Assembly: GCF_001194135.2 (NCBI RefSeq)
Contig: NC_069004.1
Span: 16,105,335 to 16,161,039, forward strand
Length of the DNA: 55,705 bases
Source: Octopus bimaculoides
Taxonomy: Eukaryota
Direction: 5' to 3'
The notes beneath the pieces were generated by a model that ran no database searches, was not told the origin of the DNA, and saw only the letters and a program-made list of their open reading frames with translations. Shown here in pieces: positions 38,651 through 50,903 of the stretch; the stretch's first letter is position 1; every line of letters starts with the position of its first letter. The position numbers and the translations under genes were made by a program.

Positions 38651-39187
38651 TCNNNNNNNNNNNNNNNNNNNNNNNNNNNNNNNNNNNNNNNNNNNNNNNN
38701 NNNNNNNNNNNNNNNNNNNNNNNNNNNNNNNNNNNNNNNNNNNNNNNNNNNNNNNNNNNNNNNNNNNNNNNNNNNNNNNNNNNNNNNNNNNNNNNNNNNN
38801 NNNNNNNNNNNNNNNNNNNNNNNNNNNNNNNNNNNNNNNNNNNNNNNNNNNNNNNNNNNNNNNNNNNNNNNNNNNNNNNNNNNNNNNNNNNNNNNNNNNN
38901 NNNNNNNNNNNNNNNNNNNNNNNNNNNNNNNNNNNNNNNNNNNNNNNNNNNNNNNNNNNNNNNNNNNNNNNNNNNNNNNNNNNNNNNNNNNNNNNNNNNN
39001 NNNNNNNNNNNNNNNNNNNNNNNNNNNNNNNNNNNNNNNNNNNNNNNNNNNNNNNNNNNNNNNNNNNNNNNNNNNNNNNNNNNNNNNNNNNNNNNNNNNN
39101 NNNNNNNNNNNNNNNNNNNNNNNNNNNNNNNNNNNNNNNNNNNNNNNNNNNNNNNNNNNNNTATATATGTATATATGTATATATGTA

Positions 39188-39234
<47 letters not shown>

Positions 39235-39747
39235 CAGCGAGCTGGCAATATCGTTAGAACACCGGACAAAAACGCTAAGTTAAACGATGATATATATATA
39301 TATATATATGTATGGTTCTTGTTGAACCATCTAATCCATACCACCAGGTATATATTCACAATCATTTAAAGTCCCTTTTTCCCTGCTGCTATGGATTGGA
39401 TGGTTCAAATGAGAACTGACAAGCCAGAGAGCTGTGCAGAGTTCAGTGTCTGCTTTGACATGGTTTCTACAGCTGAGGGCCCTTCCTCACACCAACCACT
39501 TCATTGCGTGTACCGGGTGCTCTTTTTTCATGATGCAGTCCTTGAACTTGTTGAATAACAAACTGTCCAATGACATTGGGGAATAGAAACATGATTTCTT
39601 CACATATTGTCTTCTTTAACACCTTTGTTATTTCTGTTGAAATACATTACTTTTGTTTCGTTGATGAAGGTGATGGTATTGATAATGATGAATTTTGAGA
39701 AACAGGATTCAAGTCAAACTTTAAAGTCACTATCAATATTATAAAAA

Positions 39748-40212
39748 GAAGTGGCTGTATGGTAAGTAGCTTGCTTACAAACCACATGGTTCTGGGTTCA
39801 GTCCCAGTGTGTGCACTTTGGGCAAGTGTTTTCTACTATATCTTTGGGCTGATCAAAGCCTTGTGAGTGGATTTGGTAGACGGAAACTGAAAGAGGCCTG
39901 TCATATATTTATATATGTGTGTCTGTATATATTTGTGTGTCTGTATATATTTGTGTGTCTGTATATATTTGTGTGTCTGTATATATTTGTGTGTCTGTAT
40001 ATATTTGTGTGTTTGTGTTTGTTACCCCCATCATCGCTTGACAACCAATGTTGGTGTGTTTACATCCCCATAACTTAGCGGTTTGGCAAAAGATACCAAT
40101 AGAATAAGTATTAGGCTTACAAAGAATAAGTCCTGGAGTTGATTTGTTCAATTTAAGGCGGTGCTCCAGCATGGCCATAGTTAAAATGACTGAAACAAAT
40201 AAAAGAATACAA
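39748..40212 (+). mobile_element. SINE family A, full length, with an internal 18-bp tandem repeat (gtgtgtctgtatatattt x~5)
   Basis: Head gaagtggctgtatggtaagtagc, pol III B-box-like gggttcagtccc, tail gaaacaaataaaagaatac. Confidence 0.9.
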
Positions 40213-40679
40213 GAATGTGTAACGAGTTCAGATAACGTTTCATCTAATTTTAATATATTTGCATATATATAAAAAATCTACCTAAGAAGATATTAACATA
40301 TATGTACATGCATGCACACACACACACAGATAATACATACATACAGACAGACTAACGACATATATGTTGTTTTAATGGTCTTGGAGTAGCTTTCAATGTT
40401 AGTGCCAGTTATTGGAACATTAACTTGCTATTGTTTTCTGAGATGTCTTTTATCATCACCAAATCATTGAAGACATTAATGTAAGCTAAGTCAGTCCTTT
40501 TGAATGTTACCTTCACTGGAACTAATTCAAGTTAATTAGTTGATTAACAGACCGTACACGATCCATATTTTCATCTTCTTCATTTCTAAATTTAAAATGA
40601 AAATATAAATAGGTATTTATGTTTTTATGTTGGCATTTAAAAAATAGCATATTTATCTTTAAATAGTTGTTATATTCAC

Positions 40680-40733
40680 AAACAAGGAAAACGTCAGGCA
40701 AATTTAAGAATTCCAGAAGCACTGGCACAAATC
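40680..40733 (-). CDS. Candidate internal exon, 54 nt (GFVPVLLEFLNLPDVFLV), gene unknown
   Basis: Acceptor ctgactttttaatag, donor TT|gtgaat, one open frame (phase 1-1). Confidence 0.25.
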
Positions 40734-40794
40734 CTATTAAAAAGTCAGTAGCAATTGCTTATTGTTTCAAAGTTTGTATACTCTTTTTTTTTTT

Positions 40795-41065
40795 TTACTC
40801 TTTTTACTTGTTTCAGTCATTTGACTGCGGCCATGCTGGAGCACCACCTTTAGTCGAGAAAATTGACCCCAGGACTTATTCTTTGTAAGCCTAGTACTTA
40901 TTCTATCGGTCTCTTTTGCCGAACCGCTAAGTTACAGTGACGTAAACACACCAGCATCGGTTGTCAAGCGATGGTGGAGGGACAAACACACATACATATA
41001 TATATATACATATATATGACAGGCTTCTTTCAGTTTCTGTTTACTAAATCTACTCACAAGGCTTT
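40795..41065 (-). mobile_element. SINE family A, 5'-truncated, CpG-retaining
   Basis: Near identical to the tail half of the 5404-5782 copy. Confidence 0.88.
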
Positions 41066-41086
41066 ATATATATATATATATATATA

Positions 41087-41132
<46 letters not shown>

Positions 41133-41135
<3 letters not shown>

Positions 41136-41510
41136 GAGTGGCAGTGTGGTAAGAAGCTTGTTTGCCAACCACATGGTTCTGGGTTCAGTCCCACTGCATG
41201 GCACCTTGGGCAAATGTCTTCTATGATAGCCTTGGGCCAACCAAAGCCTTGTGAGTGGATTTAGTAGACAGAAACTGAAAGCCTGATATAATATATATAT
41301 GTATGTATGTATTTGTGTGTCTGTGTTTGTCCCTTGACAACCGAGGTTGGTTTGTTTACATCCCTGTAAGTTAGTGGTTTGGCAAAAGAGACTGATAAAA
41401 TAAGTACTAGGCTTACAAAGAATAAATCCTGAGGTTGATTTGTTTGACTAAAAGTGGTACTTCAGCATGGCCGCAGTCAGATGATTGAAACAAGTAAAAG
41501 AATAAGATGA
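41133..41510 (+). mobile_element. SINE family A, full length
   Basis: Head caggagtggcagtgtggtaag through tail gaaacaagtaaaagaataag. Confidence 0.88.
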
Positions 41511-42019
41511 TATATATATACATAGAGATATGGTTGAGTAAAACTAAAGAACAAACACATTGAAAGAAATAATTCATTACAAACAACTTCTTGAGTGATT
41601 TTTTTTAAGAAACTTCACATCAGATTTAATTTTGGTTGAAGTGTTGTGTGGTTTTCTTTTACAGAAATGCCCTTCAATTACACTTCAACTAATCCATTGA
41701 CAATTTTCATTACCACTCAAAAACACTTTGCTTGAATTCATGCCAGTCCAGAAAAGAATATTTTTTTTTTGTTAATTAGTGAAATGTTAAAAAAGATTCT
41801 ATAGCTGTCTCTTTAGAATAATACATTGAGATGGTTTAGCATATTAGTTTCCACTGATATATAAATTATATAGCTATAGAAATATAAGGAAAGTAATAGG
41901 AGAGTATTGTAGTTCGCTTGAAGCATTGTGTATTGTTTGTAAAATATAATGTGTCTTGAATGGCACAACAATGCACTAAAATAACTGTTATAATTTAATT
42001 ATCCATAGTTTGATATAAT

Positions 42020-42620
42020 AATATTATTTTGGAATAAAAAAATTCCTTCTTCAGATATTGTTTGAGTCACAATCAGTTTTCCTACGGTTATGAAAATTTT
42101 TTTTACTTGGAGCCATCTCTACAGTGGTCTCACAAAGCTCCTTCCAGAATTCTTCATGAGAAGTGTGTGAGTAGCCATGTCTCAAGCTCGTGTGTGTTGG
42201 CACATCTGCAGTGCTGCTTCTAAGTTATGTATTATACATGCAGTTTCTTTTTTTTTCTTAAAGAATACATGAGCATGTTATCAAAAATGAACCTACATGC
42301 GTCCAGATGTAGCTAAATAGTATATTGATTATCAACCTCCAGCCTCTTGTTAATTTGGGGCCCCAGTCTGTCTATGAGGATAGCTTCTTTAATTCTTAGA
42401 TTACCCAAATTTCTTTCATTGGCCTCAATTGTGACTGTTATGCTTTTGTTGGTGTTCCGGCATCTGTCTAGATGTTTTCTGAAACAGAAGGCTCTTGTGT
42501 TCAGATGTTCTTTGATGCGAATGTGTAACGGTCTTGTTGTGCTACCCACATAGATCTTGTTGCATTTGTTACACTGTATTCTATACACAACATTTACCAG
42601 TTGGCATAAATCTGTAATGG
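42020..42620 (-). mobile_element. Penelope-like element 3' fragment: GIY-YIG endonuclease plus downstream pLTR-like sequence
   Basis: NVVYRIQCNKCNKIYVGSTTRPLHIRIKEH..LRIKEAILI..PQIN has the VVY-C..C-YVG-R-EH and E..I..P.IN signature; ORF ends at 42313. Confidence 0.9.
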
Positions 42621-43504
42621 TACTAATTGTGAATATCAACAATATGACTGAGGGAAATGTAAAAATAGCCCAAGGAAGTATTCTGTATACTAAATACATA
42701 CATAGAAGGATCTCATATAGGAGCTGAAAAACTTTGATTAAATGAAATTATCCATGCAGTTATATATTAGACAGGTGTTGAACCGAAATTTCATAGTGTC
42801 ATTCATATTATAATGAGTTTTGGATTGAGATTTTAATTTAAATATGAACTCTTTAGTCAAGTAGGCAGTCTCCAGCCAGTTTGGTATTAAAAGCAGTATT
42901 GAAAGGAAATCAGCAAGCTTTGCTTGTTCAATGAGAATTTTACATAACATAGCATTGGGCAATATGCTAATCAGTTATTGGGATTGTCATGGTATCAATT
43001 TGCAAAATGAACCTTCATTTCCTCTTCTTTACATCAATTCCTTTTATTAATTGGTTAATTAGTCAGCACTAGCATTAAAAAAAAAAAAAATTAGTCAGAG
43101 TAGAGGAAGCGCCAGTGATTTAGCTTGATGGGGAAACTGATGTGGCCAATGAGGTCAGTAAATCAATAGCTGCAGGAAAAACATGGGCAAGGTGAGAACA
43201 GAGGGTGTGCTACAGATATCCAAGGACCAGATGTTGCTGTTGTTTAGACTCAAGTCAGCTCTGAGTGAACAGAAGTATGATGGAAGACATTCTAGTCATA
43301 ATAATCCAATCGTTTTATTCCAGCACAGTGTATCTTAGCCTCTAGACTCCATCATCTAATTTGTCATCCCTTTTTGTCCATCCTTATGTTTTGAGTATAA
43401 TAAAAAGAACATTTCATTCAGGTGATCATGTAGAGCTTACCTTGTTATCACTTGAATTAGTCTTATGCCAGTAGAATATATTCACGTTTAATAGACATGT
43501 TTCA

Positions 43505-43830
43505 GTTTTATCTTTTACTTGTTTCAGTCATTAGATTGCAGCCATGCTGAGTTATCACCTTGAAGAATTTTAATCAAATAAATCAACCCAAGTACTTATT
43601 TCTTTAAGCCTGGTTTTCAAGTGGTGGCAGGACACCCTCCACACCCATCCAAGCACCCCCTCCCCATCACACACATGTATATGACAGGCTTTTTTCAGTT
43701 TCTGTCCACCAAATCCACCCACACGACTTTAGTTGACCTGAGTCTATAGCAGAAGACACTTGCTCAAGGTGCCATGTAGTGGGACTGAACCCAATTGGGA
43801 AGCAAGTTTCTTACCACACAGACATGCCTA
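43505..43830 (-). mobile_element. SINE family A, decayed
   Basis: Head, tail and core motifs as in the other copies, with a deletion. Confidence 0.75.
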
Positions 43831-45003
43831 ACTAGAATTATTTACAAGTTCTGAGAATAAATGGTTCATATACTTTGAACATAATTCAATTCAAAATTTT
43901 CATTAAGGTATTAATAATAATTACTCACATAGACATAAGTCAAGAAATTTTTGTGGAGCTGGGGTGGGGNNNNNNNNNNNNNNNNGGGGTGGGGGATAGT
44001 TGATTTTATCAATTTTGGATCTTGACTCATACTTATTTGATCCACTACCATTAATTTCTTACAAAAACACAAGATCTCAAATTTAAGGGAAAGGAACAGT
44101 CAATTATCTTAATCACTAAGGCAGTGAGCTAGCAAAATTGTTAATGCACCAGGGAAAATTCTCAGTGACAGTTTGTCTGTCCTTATGTTCTGAGTTCAAA
44201 TATCTCAGAGGTTGACTTTGCCTTTCATCCTTTCAGGGTTGATAAATTAAGTACCAATTGAGTACTGGGGTTGGTATAATTGACAAGCCCTTTCACTGAA
44301 ATCGCTGGCCTTGCACCAAAACCAATTATATTGACCACTGTACATGACTGGTACTTTATTTCATTGACTTTGGAAGAATGAAAGGTGAAATTGACCTCAT
44401 TGGAATTTGATTTCTGATGTGGCGAGAGTCATTGACACCCCTGGGGGATTGGAAGAATAGACTAGCCAAAATCTTATAAAGAGTAGCGTATTGGTTGAGA
44501 CAAGAGGTTGGTAAGAGTCAGTGTGTTAGTTCTGCATTGAAGTTGCACCAAACCCATAAGTTGCCATAATGGTAGTTGTTCAAATTACTGTGTGTTGGTC
44601 CTGTCACTAGAATGTGGTAGGGGTTTGATTCCCCTGCTCACAATATATCAGATGCAGTTGTGCAGTGTTAAACAGCTAGAGGAGATGTCTTCTTGGGGTT
44701 AAAAAATGGCACTTAAAGTCCATTCGAGCAAAAAACAAGAGTGCTAACAAGAGTACTTAGTATAATGAAAAACAAGAGTGCTGTGTGCAACGAACAATAC
44801 TACCTAAGAGTTGGGCAACAACAAGGATATAAAAGTGGCGACGAGATATTCGAAGCTTGCGTTGAATGTTAAAATTCTTTACTTGGTACGAAATCAAAGA
44901 AAAAAGTCATTAACATGGAAAACTTATTGGCTTTCAGGGTGCAGTTGCAACCACAACAACAACAACAGCAACAACAACTACAACAGCAACAACAACAATA
45001 CCA

Positions 45004-45231
45004 ATAGTACATTATTTACATTATTTACATTTGATGGATATTTGTCCTCATCTTGTTTGTTGTTAACACAATGTTTCGGTTGATATACCCTCCAGCCTTC
45101 TTCAGGTATCTTGGGGAAATTTCGAACCTGGGTTCTCATTCCTAAGGTAACAACAAACAAGATGAAGACAAATATCCATCAAATGTAAATAATGTAAATA
45201 ATGTACATAATTCTTCATCTCTTAAATATAG
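45004..45231. mobile_element. 228-bp Penelope-type mini insertion with inverted arms inside gag
   Basis: Flanked by the direct repeat aacaatacca (44994-45003, 45232-45241); arms 45007-45065 and 45148-45206 are 58/59 complementary. Confidence 0.8.
45065..45110 (-). ncRNA. Minimal type I hammerhead ribozyme-like motif
   Basis: GATAC-CTGAAGA-A-GGCTG-(10-nt loop)-CAACC-GAAA-CA-TT-GTGTT: conserved CUGANGA and GAAA cores, stem II with one mismatch, stem I with G-U pairs. Confidence 0.7.
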
Positions 45232-48200
45232 AACAATACCAGCAGTTACTGGAAGTAATGTTGAAGGAGTCTGAAAATACTTCAGGTTCATTCTCTTCAG
45301 ACAGCATGGCAAACTCAATTGGAGAATTTATTTATAACCAAGAAGAAGGTACTGCTTTTTCTGCCTGTTTTAGAAGATATGAAGAAATCTTCAAAGAAGA
45401 ATGTAAAAATTGAAATGACGAAAAGAAGGTGCGACTACTTTTAAGAAATTTATCCCCTGCTGAACATGAAAAATACTGTAATTATATTCTGCCAAAGAAA
45501 CCAGGTGAGATTTGTTTTGATGAAATAATTAATTTATCATCAAGAATTTTCTATGAAAGAAGTTCCCTGTCCAACACATGTTGGCAGTGTTTAAATCTAG
45601 TTAAAAAAGATGATGAAGATTTTGTCACATATGCTGGGGTCATTAACAGGGAATCAAATGAATTAACCCCAGATTTGTTCAAATATCTAATTTTTGTTCA
45701 AGGGTTAGCTGCATGAAAAGATGCTGATATACGTTTCCGTATACTAACAAAATTAGAACAGGACCAAAAATTAACTTGACAGGCAGTGGCTGAAGAATAC
45801 CAGAGGATTATAAATTTAAGACATGACGCAAATAAAATTGAAGAAAAAAGATTGCTCTCAGATACATATGTGTCAACCTGAAACACATAAGAAAATGAAA
45901 AAGTGAATGTCAAGACCAAATCCATGCTATGGGTGCAGAGGTTTACATCTTAGAAGTTATTGCCCTTTTAAAAATTGTAAACGTTTTGAGTGTGGAAAAA
46001 TCAATTGTATAGCTAAACAAAAAAATTCTAGAAAGAATGTATTATTATCAAAAATTCTAAGTGTGACTCAGAAAAGAAAATTTGTGTCCATAAAAATGAA
46101 TAATGTGAATATCAAATTACAATTGGATACAGGCAGTGATATGATAATTAATACAGATACATGGAGAAAAATAGGGAAGCCTAGATTAAAGGAAACTTCA
46201 AAAATTGCGCGAGATGTTTCAGGAAAAAAATTGTTTTATGGGCAAAATGATGAGTGATGTTACATTTCATGGAAAAACCTTGAAAGCCTAAGTTTTTGTG
46301 TTGAAAAATATGACAAATTTATTTGGAACAGACTGGATGGAAATATTTAACTTATCAGATCTCCCCATAAATATTTTTTGTAAAAATGTGAATGATTCTT
46401 CCACCAGTACAAATAAGGTGTTAGAGGATTTAAAAAAAGAATTAAAAAAATTTTTCCTATAGATTTTTCTGAGGAATTGGGTCTTTGCACCAAAACAGAG
46501 GCAAAGTTTCAAGTGAAAGAAAATGATATCGTAGTATTTGAACCTAAACAAATGGTACCTTTTGCCGCATTGAAACAAGTCAATGAAGAATTGAATAGAC
46601 TTGAAAAGCTTGACATTATTGAAAAAATTGATTACATAAAATAGGCGTCCCCAATAGTCAAGAAAAAAATAATAAAATCCAAGTATGTGCTGAGTTTTCA
46701 ACAGGATTAAACGAATGTTTGATGCCACATAATTACCCATTACCAAGTCTGGAGGAAATTTTCGTGAAGTTGAATGGAGGAAAATTTTTTTCAAAGTTGG
46801 ACCTATCTGAAGCATATCTGCAGGTAAAATTTGATGAGGAATGTTCAAAATTATTGACAATAAATACCCATGAAGGGTTGGTATAAAGGTAGCACTTGGC
46901 ATTTTCCAACATGTTATGGACGTTATCCTCACAGGTTCGAATTTCACTGTAGCTTACCTTGACGACATACTCATAAAAAGTAAATTTCAGTGTCAGCATG
47001 CTGAGCATGTTAAAAAGGCCTTCGAAAGAATTATGATTATGGGTTTAAGATCAGCAAGGAAAAGTGGGAATTTTTTATGCCAAGAATAAAATATCTAGGG
47101 CAGATTATTGATGAAAATGGATGCAGACCAGACCTGTCTAGGGTGAATGCAATAAAAAATATGCCTCCCCCAACAAACATTAAAATGTTACAAGCATTTT
47201 GGGGGCTTGCAAATTACTACCAGGTATACATACTGAATATGCATGATTTAAGAGCACCCCTGAATAACTTTTTAAAAAAGACGTTAAGTGGAGCTGGTCG
47301 GAAAAATGCCAAAGTGCTTTTGAAGAAATTAAATACATCTTAACGTTGGAATTGTCATTATCACATTTTTACCCGAATTTAGAAATAGTAGTGGCAGCAG
47401 ATGCTAGTGAAAGTGGTATTGGAGCTGTGATTTTACACAAATATGATGATGGTAGCCTGAAAGCAGTAGCTCATACTTCGCATTCATTATTGCTGGTTGA
47501 GAAAGGTTACAGTCAAAAAGAAAAAGGGGCATTAGCCATCATATTTGCGGTAAAAAAATTCCATAAATTTATACATGGAAGAAGGTTCTGTCTGCAGACA
47601 GACCACCGCCCATTATTATCAATCTATGGATCAAAAAAGGGTATCCCCACACATACAGTCAATAGATTGCAGCACTGGGGAATGGTCCTACTGAATTATA
47701 ACTTCAAAATGGAGTATTTGCCATCAAAAAGATTGGGACATGCAGAAGGTTTGTCAAGGTTAATACCAAAATACAGTGAACCACCAGAAGACACAATGAT
47801 TGCGGTGTTAAAAGCCGAAAATGAAATAAAAAAATATATTGTGCAATGTTGTGCGAGAATTACTTGTGACATTGGAGGAAATAAAAATTAAGGCAGAGAT
47901 GGACGAGTTTATCATAAAAATGAAAAAGGAAGTGAGATTAGAAGAAACAATTAAAAAAAATACATGTGGCTGGATGTAACATAGTTTTGAATTTGTATTT
48001 GATATGTGATAATGTGCTTATGTATGCACAGAGGGCCGTACTGCCTATCTCACTACAAGGTTGAATGTTAAAGGAATTCCACACTGGACATCCAGGAATT
48101 TCTAGGATGAAGTCACTTATGAGGAGTTATGTGTACTGGCCAAAAATGGATCTAGATATTGAGAAGTTGGTAATATCTTGCAGAGGTTGTGCTCTTGCAG

Positions 48201-50416
48201 CGAAATCACCGCCTATAAAATTTCAACGTTGGCCTAAGACCGATTTTCCATGCCCCAGACTACACATAGACTTGCAGGATCATTAAACCAATCATATTAT
48301 ATAATAGTGGTAGATAACTTTACTAAATGGCCAGAAATGTGTAAGTTTAGAAAACCAACCTCCATGGTAACAGTGGAATTTTTACACAAACTTTTTGCTA
48401 GGTATGGTGTCCCAGATATCATGGTCTCTGATAACAGTACACAATTTACGGCAAATGAATTTAAGAATTTTTGCAAGATGAACTCAATTGAGCATATCAC
48501 TACTTCTCCATATTACCCAAGATTAAATGGGCAAGCGGAAAGGTTTGTGGATACATTTAAAAGAGCCTTAAAGAAATCAAGAAATGAGCTAGTCGATGAT
48601 GCAGCATTGACACAATTATTGAGGGTTTATAGGATAACACCAAAGCCAAAAACTTTTTCAGGCAAGTCACCTGTGGAATTAATGTTTGCTCAAAAACTAA
48701 AGTCAATTTTTGACAAGCTGCTACCAGTAAGAAAAATACATGAGGAACACACTAAAAATACAACAAAGCATTTTAATATCGGTGACAAGGCGTTTTTCAA
48801 AATATATAAAAATGCAAGACAAGGTTGGGAAGACGGAGTAATGACAAAAAGAATAGGCAAAATGACATATATGTTAAGAGGCTAAAAAATAGATATACGG
48901 AAAAAAGGAAAGAGATACCCATGGAAATGTTCTATGACATCTTTGATATTCCAGCTCCACAAGAAATTGAATCTAGGCTGAGCAGCACAAGAAAGAGGAA
49001 ACAAACAGAATGGTTGGAAATAGTGCCTAAACGGAAAAAATATTTAACTTCCCTTGGAGGAAAATCTCAAAAAGGGAGATGTGATGAAAGAAAAATAAAT
49101 AAATAAAAAATAATAATATTAACTTCCAATGGAAGTCAATCTCAAAGGGGAAGATGTTGTGATGAGAGTCACTGACACCCCTGGGGGATTGGAAGAATGG
49201 ACTAGCCAAACTCTTATAAAGAGTAGCGTATAAGTTGAGACAAGAGGTCGGTAGGAGTTGTTGAGAGGGTGTTTTGGAATCTTGCGAAGTATGTTGTGTG
49301 AAAGCATTGATTTTACCTCCATATCACTAGATACTTTGTGGTATAGTTATGTCATTTTGATCACAGTATCTGTTTAGTACCTATTTTTTCAACCCCACAA
49401 GTTTGAAAGGCAAGGCTGAGCTTGGGTGGATTTGAACTTAGGAGAACATAAAGACATAACTATACCTCAAAGTATCTAATCTGATTCTCAACTGATTCTG
49501 CCAACCAACATCTTCTATGAATGTATTACATTTGTTCCAGTACATCCAGCCTTCACTTACAAGTAAGGTTTTGTAGCTTATGCCCAGCTTTTGCTCATTG
49601 TTTTAAGTGTTTTTATAGTTACAAGCAGTTACAGACACTTTCTTGAGCTTGTCACATCATGCAGAACATCCAGGTTGTAACAGCTGAAGGGAGAGAGAGA
49701 GCTGTACCAGCATTCAGCTGGTATTTATTATGGCTGAGTGAAATGAAATGCTTTGCTCAAAAACGCAACATGCTTCCTAGTCCAGGAATTGAACCTAAAA
49801 TCTTTTAATCATGCCTTCATACACTCATGTGAAGGAATTATTGATATACTTGAATTAAATGTTTCTTCATAAAATTTGATAACTGAATTTCAAAGTTCTC
49901 TGAATATCTTACAAATCTGTTTCTTATTTTACAATCTATAAATGTTCCATTTTATAAGATTAATTTAGTGAGGTCCTCGGAATCATTTTCTATTGGGTCT
50001 TGAGCTAATCCCTAAGTCTTTGGTTCTAGGTATCATTTGTTAGTATCTGGATTGTAAAAGTTGCCTATACTGTACATATGAGGTAGGTGCACATTCCTTT
50101 CAACATCTCTCTTACATTTCAAAGCAACTAAATCCATTAATGTGCTTTTAAATAGTCGAAGCAATTTTATCCCATTTTGTATTGAATGGGTGGTGATAAG
50201 GTGAGCATGGCAGGAGAGAGTACGAAGACATTTCATCATCGTCGTCGTAGTCATCACCACCATCGACGTTCGTTCTCATTGTACTTCACTCATTTAAAAA
50301 TGAAATAAAAGTTTTTATCTAAAAGCGTAGAAAATACAAAATTCCACTCCCTTCCCATTCACCCACCTACCAATCCACAAATCTGTACCTTCGTGCAAAA
50401 GCAACTATAAACTTAC

Positions 50417-50442
50417 CTGCGTGACGTCAGACAGCATTCGGC
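50417..50442 (-). CDS. Candidate 26-nt exon of a leftward-running host gene; contains ATG (50437) giving MLSDVTQ, or is 5' UTR
   Basis: Acceptor catattacatttgtccccag and perfect donor CAG|gtaagt in a locally CpG-rich, non-repeat context. Confidence 0.45.
50422..50429. promoter_or_regulatory. Palindromic CRE/ATF site TGACGTCA
   Basis: Exact consensus inside the CpG-retaining region; function untested. Confidence 0.3.
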
Positions 50443-50864
50443 CTGGGGACAAATGTAATATGTAGCATGGCTGAGAACCAGCGCTTAGGGAAAATGGAAC
50501 AACAAAAGCATTTACTATTAGTTTGCTTAGTTAATTTTTAAAAATCCTTTCGTTTCCCTTCTGCTCTACTCGCCATCAACAACTATATTCCCCCACCCCA
50601 CGGTGCAATATTGGAAGGTGGGGTGTGAAGCAGTCGGGGAGCGTTGCATATGCATTCATTTACCAGAATGGTGATTAAAAAATTCGACAGTAGGTGCACG
50701 TTTCTCTTAGTTATGTGTGTGGGGGGGGAGAAAGTAAAAGAATGTTTGCTTGAATGGACAACAAAATAGGTAAAATAATCCATGTGTTGAATAATGCGTA
50801 AGGGAAAAGATAGCGGAAAAAAGAAGGGAGCGAGGGGGGAAAGTGTGAATTGTGTGTGTGTGTG

Positions 50865-50889
<25 letters not shown>

Positions 50890-50903
<14 letters not shown>

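Larger units (their letters stand above)
44415..49258 (+). mobile_element. Gypsy (Mag/K02A2.6-like) LTR retrotransposon, near complete, inactivated
   Basis: 5' LTR 44415-~44833; PBS tggcgacgag at 44836; gag with Cys/His knuckle CYGCRGLH..YC; protease LDTG (46123); RT DLSEAYLQ and YLDD (46955); RNase H ADAS..TDHRPL; integrase H2C2 and DNF/SDN/AER; PPT aaaggggaaga; 3' LTR from 49155, matching for only ~104 bp with 10 mismatches. Confidence 0.95.

Noticed and set aside
41133-41210. tRNA genes at SINE heads
   Set aside because: A/B-box-like motifs continue into SINE bodies; no cloverleaf or anticodon arm.
49559-49681. Minus-strand exon with strong splice sites
   Set aside because: Stops in all three frames and it borders a SINE; possible only as a UTR exon, which I cannot support.
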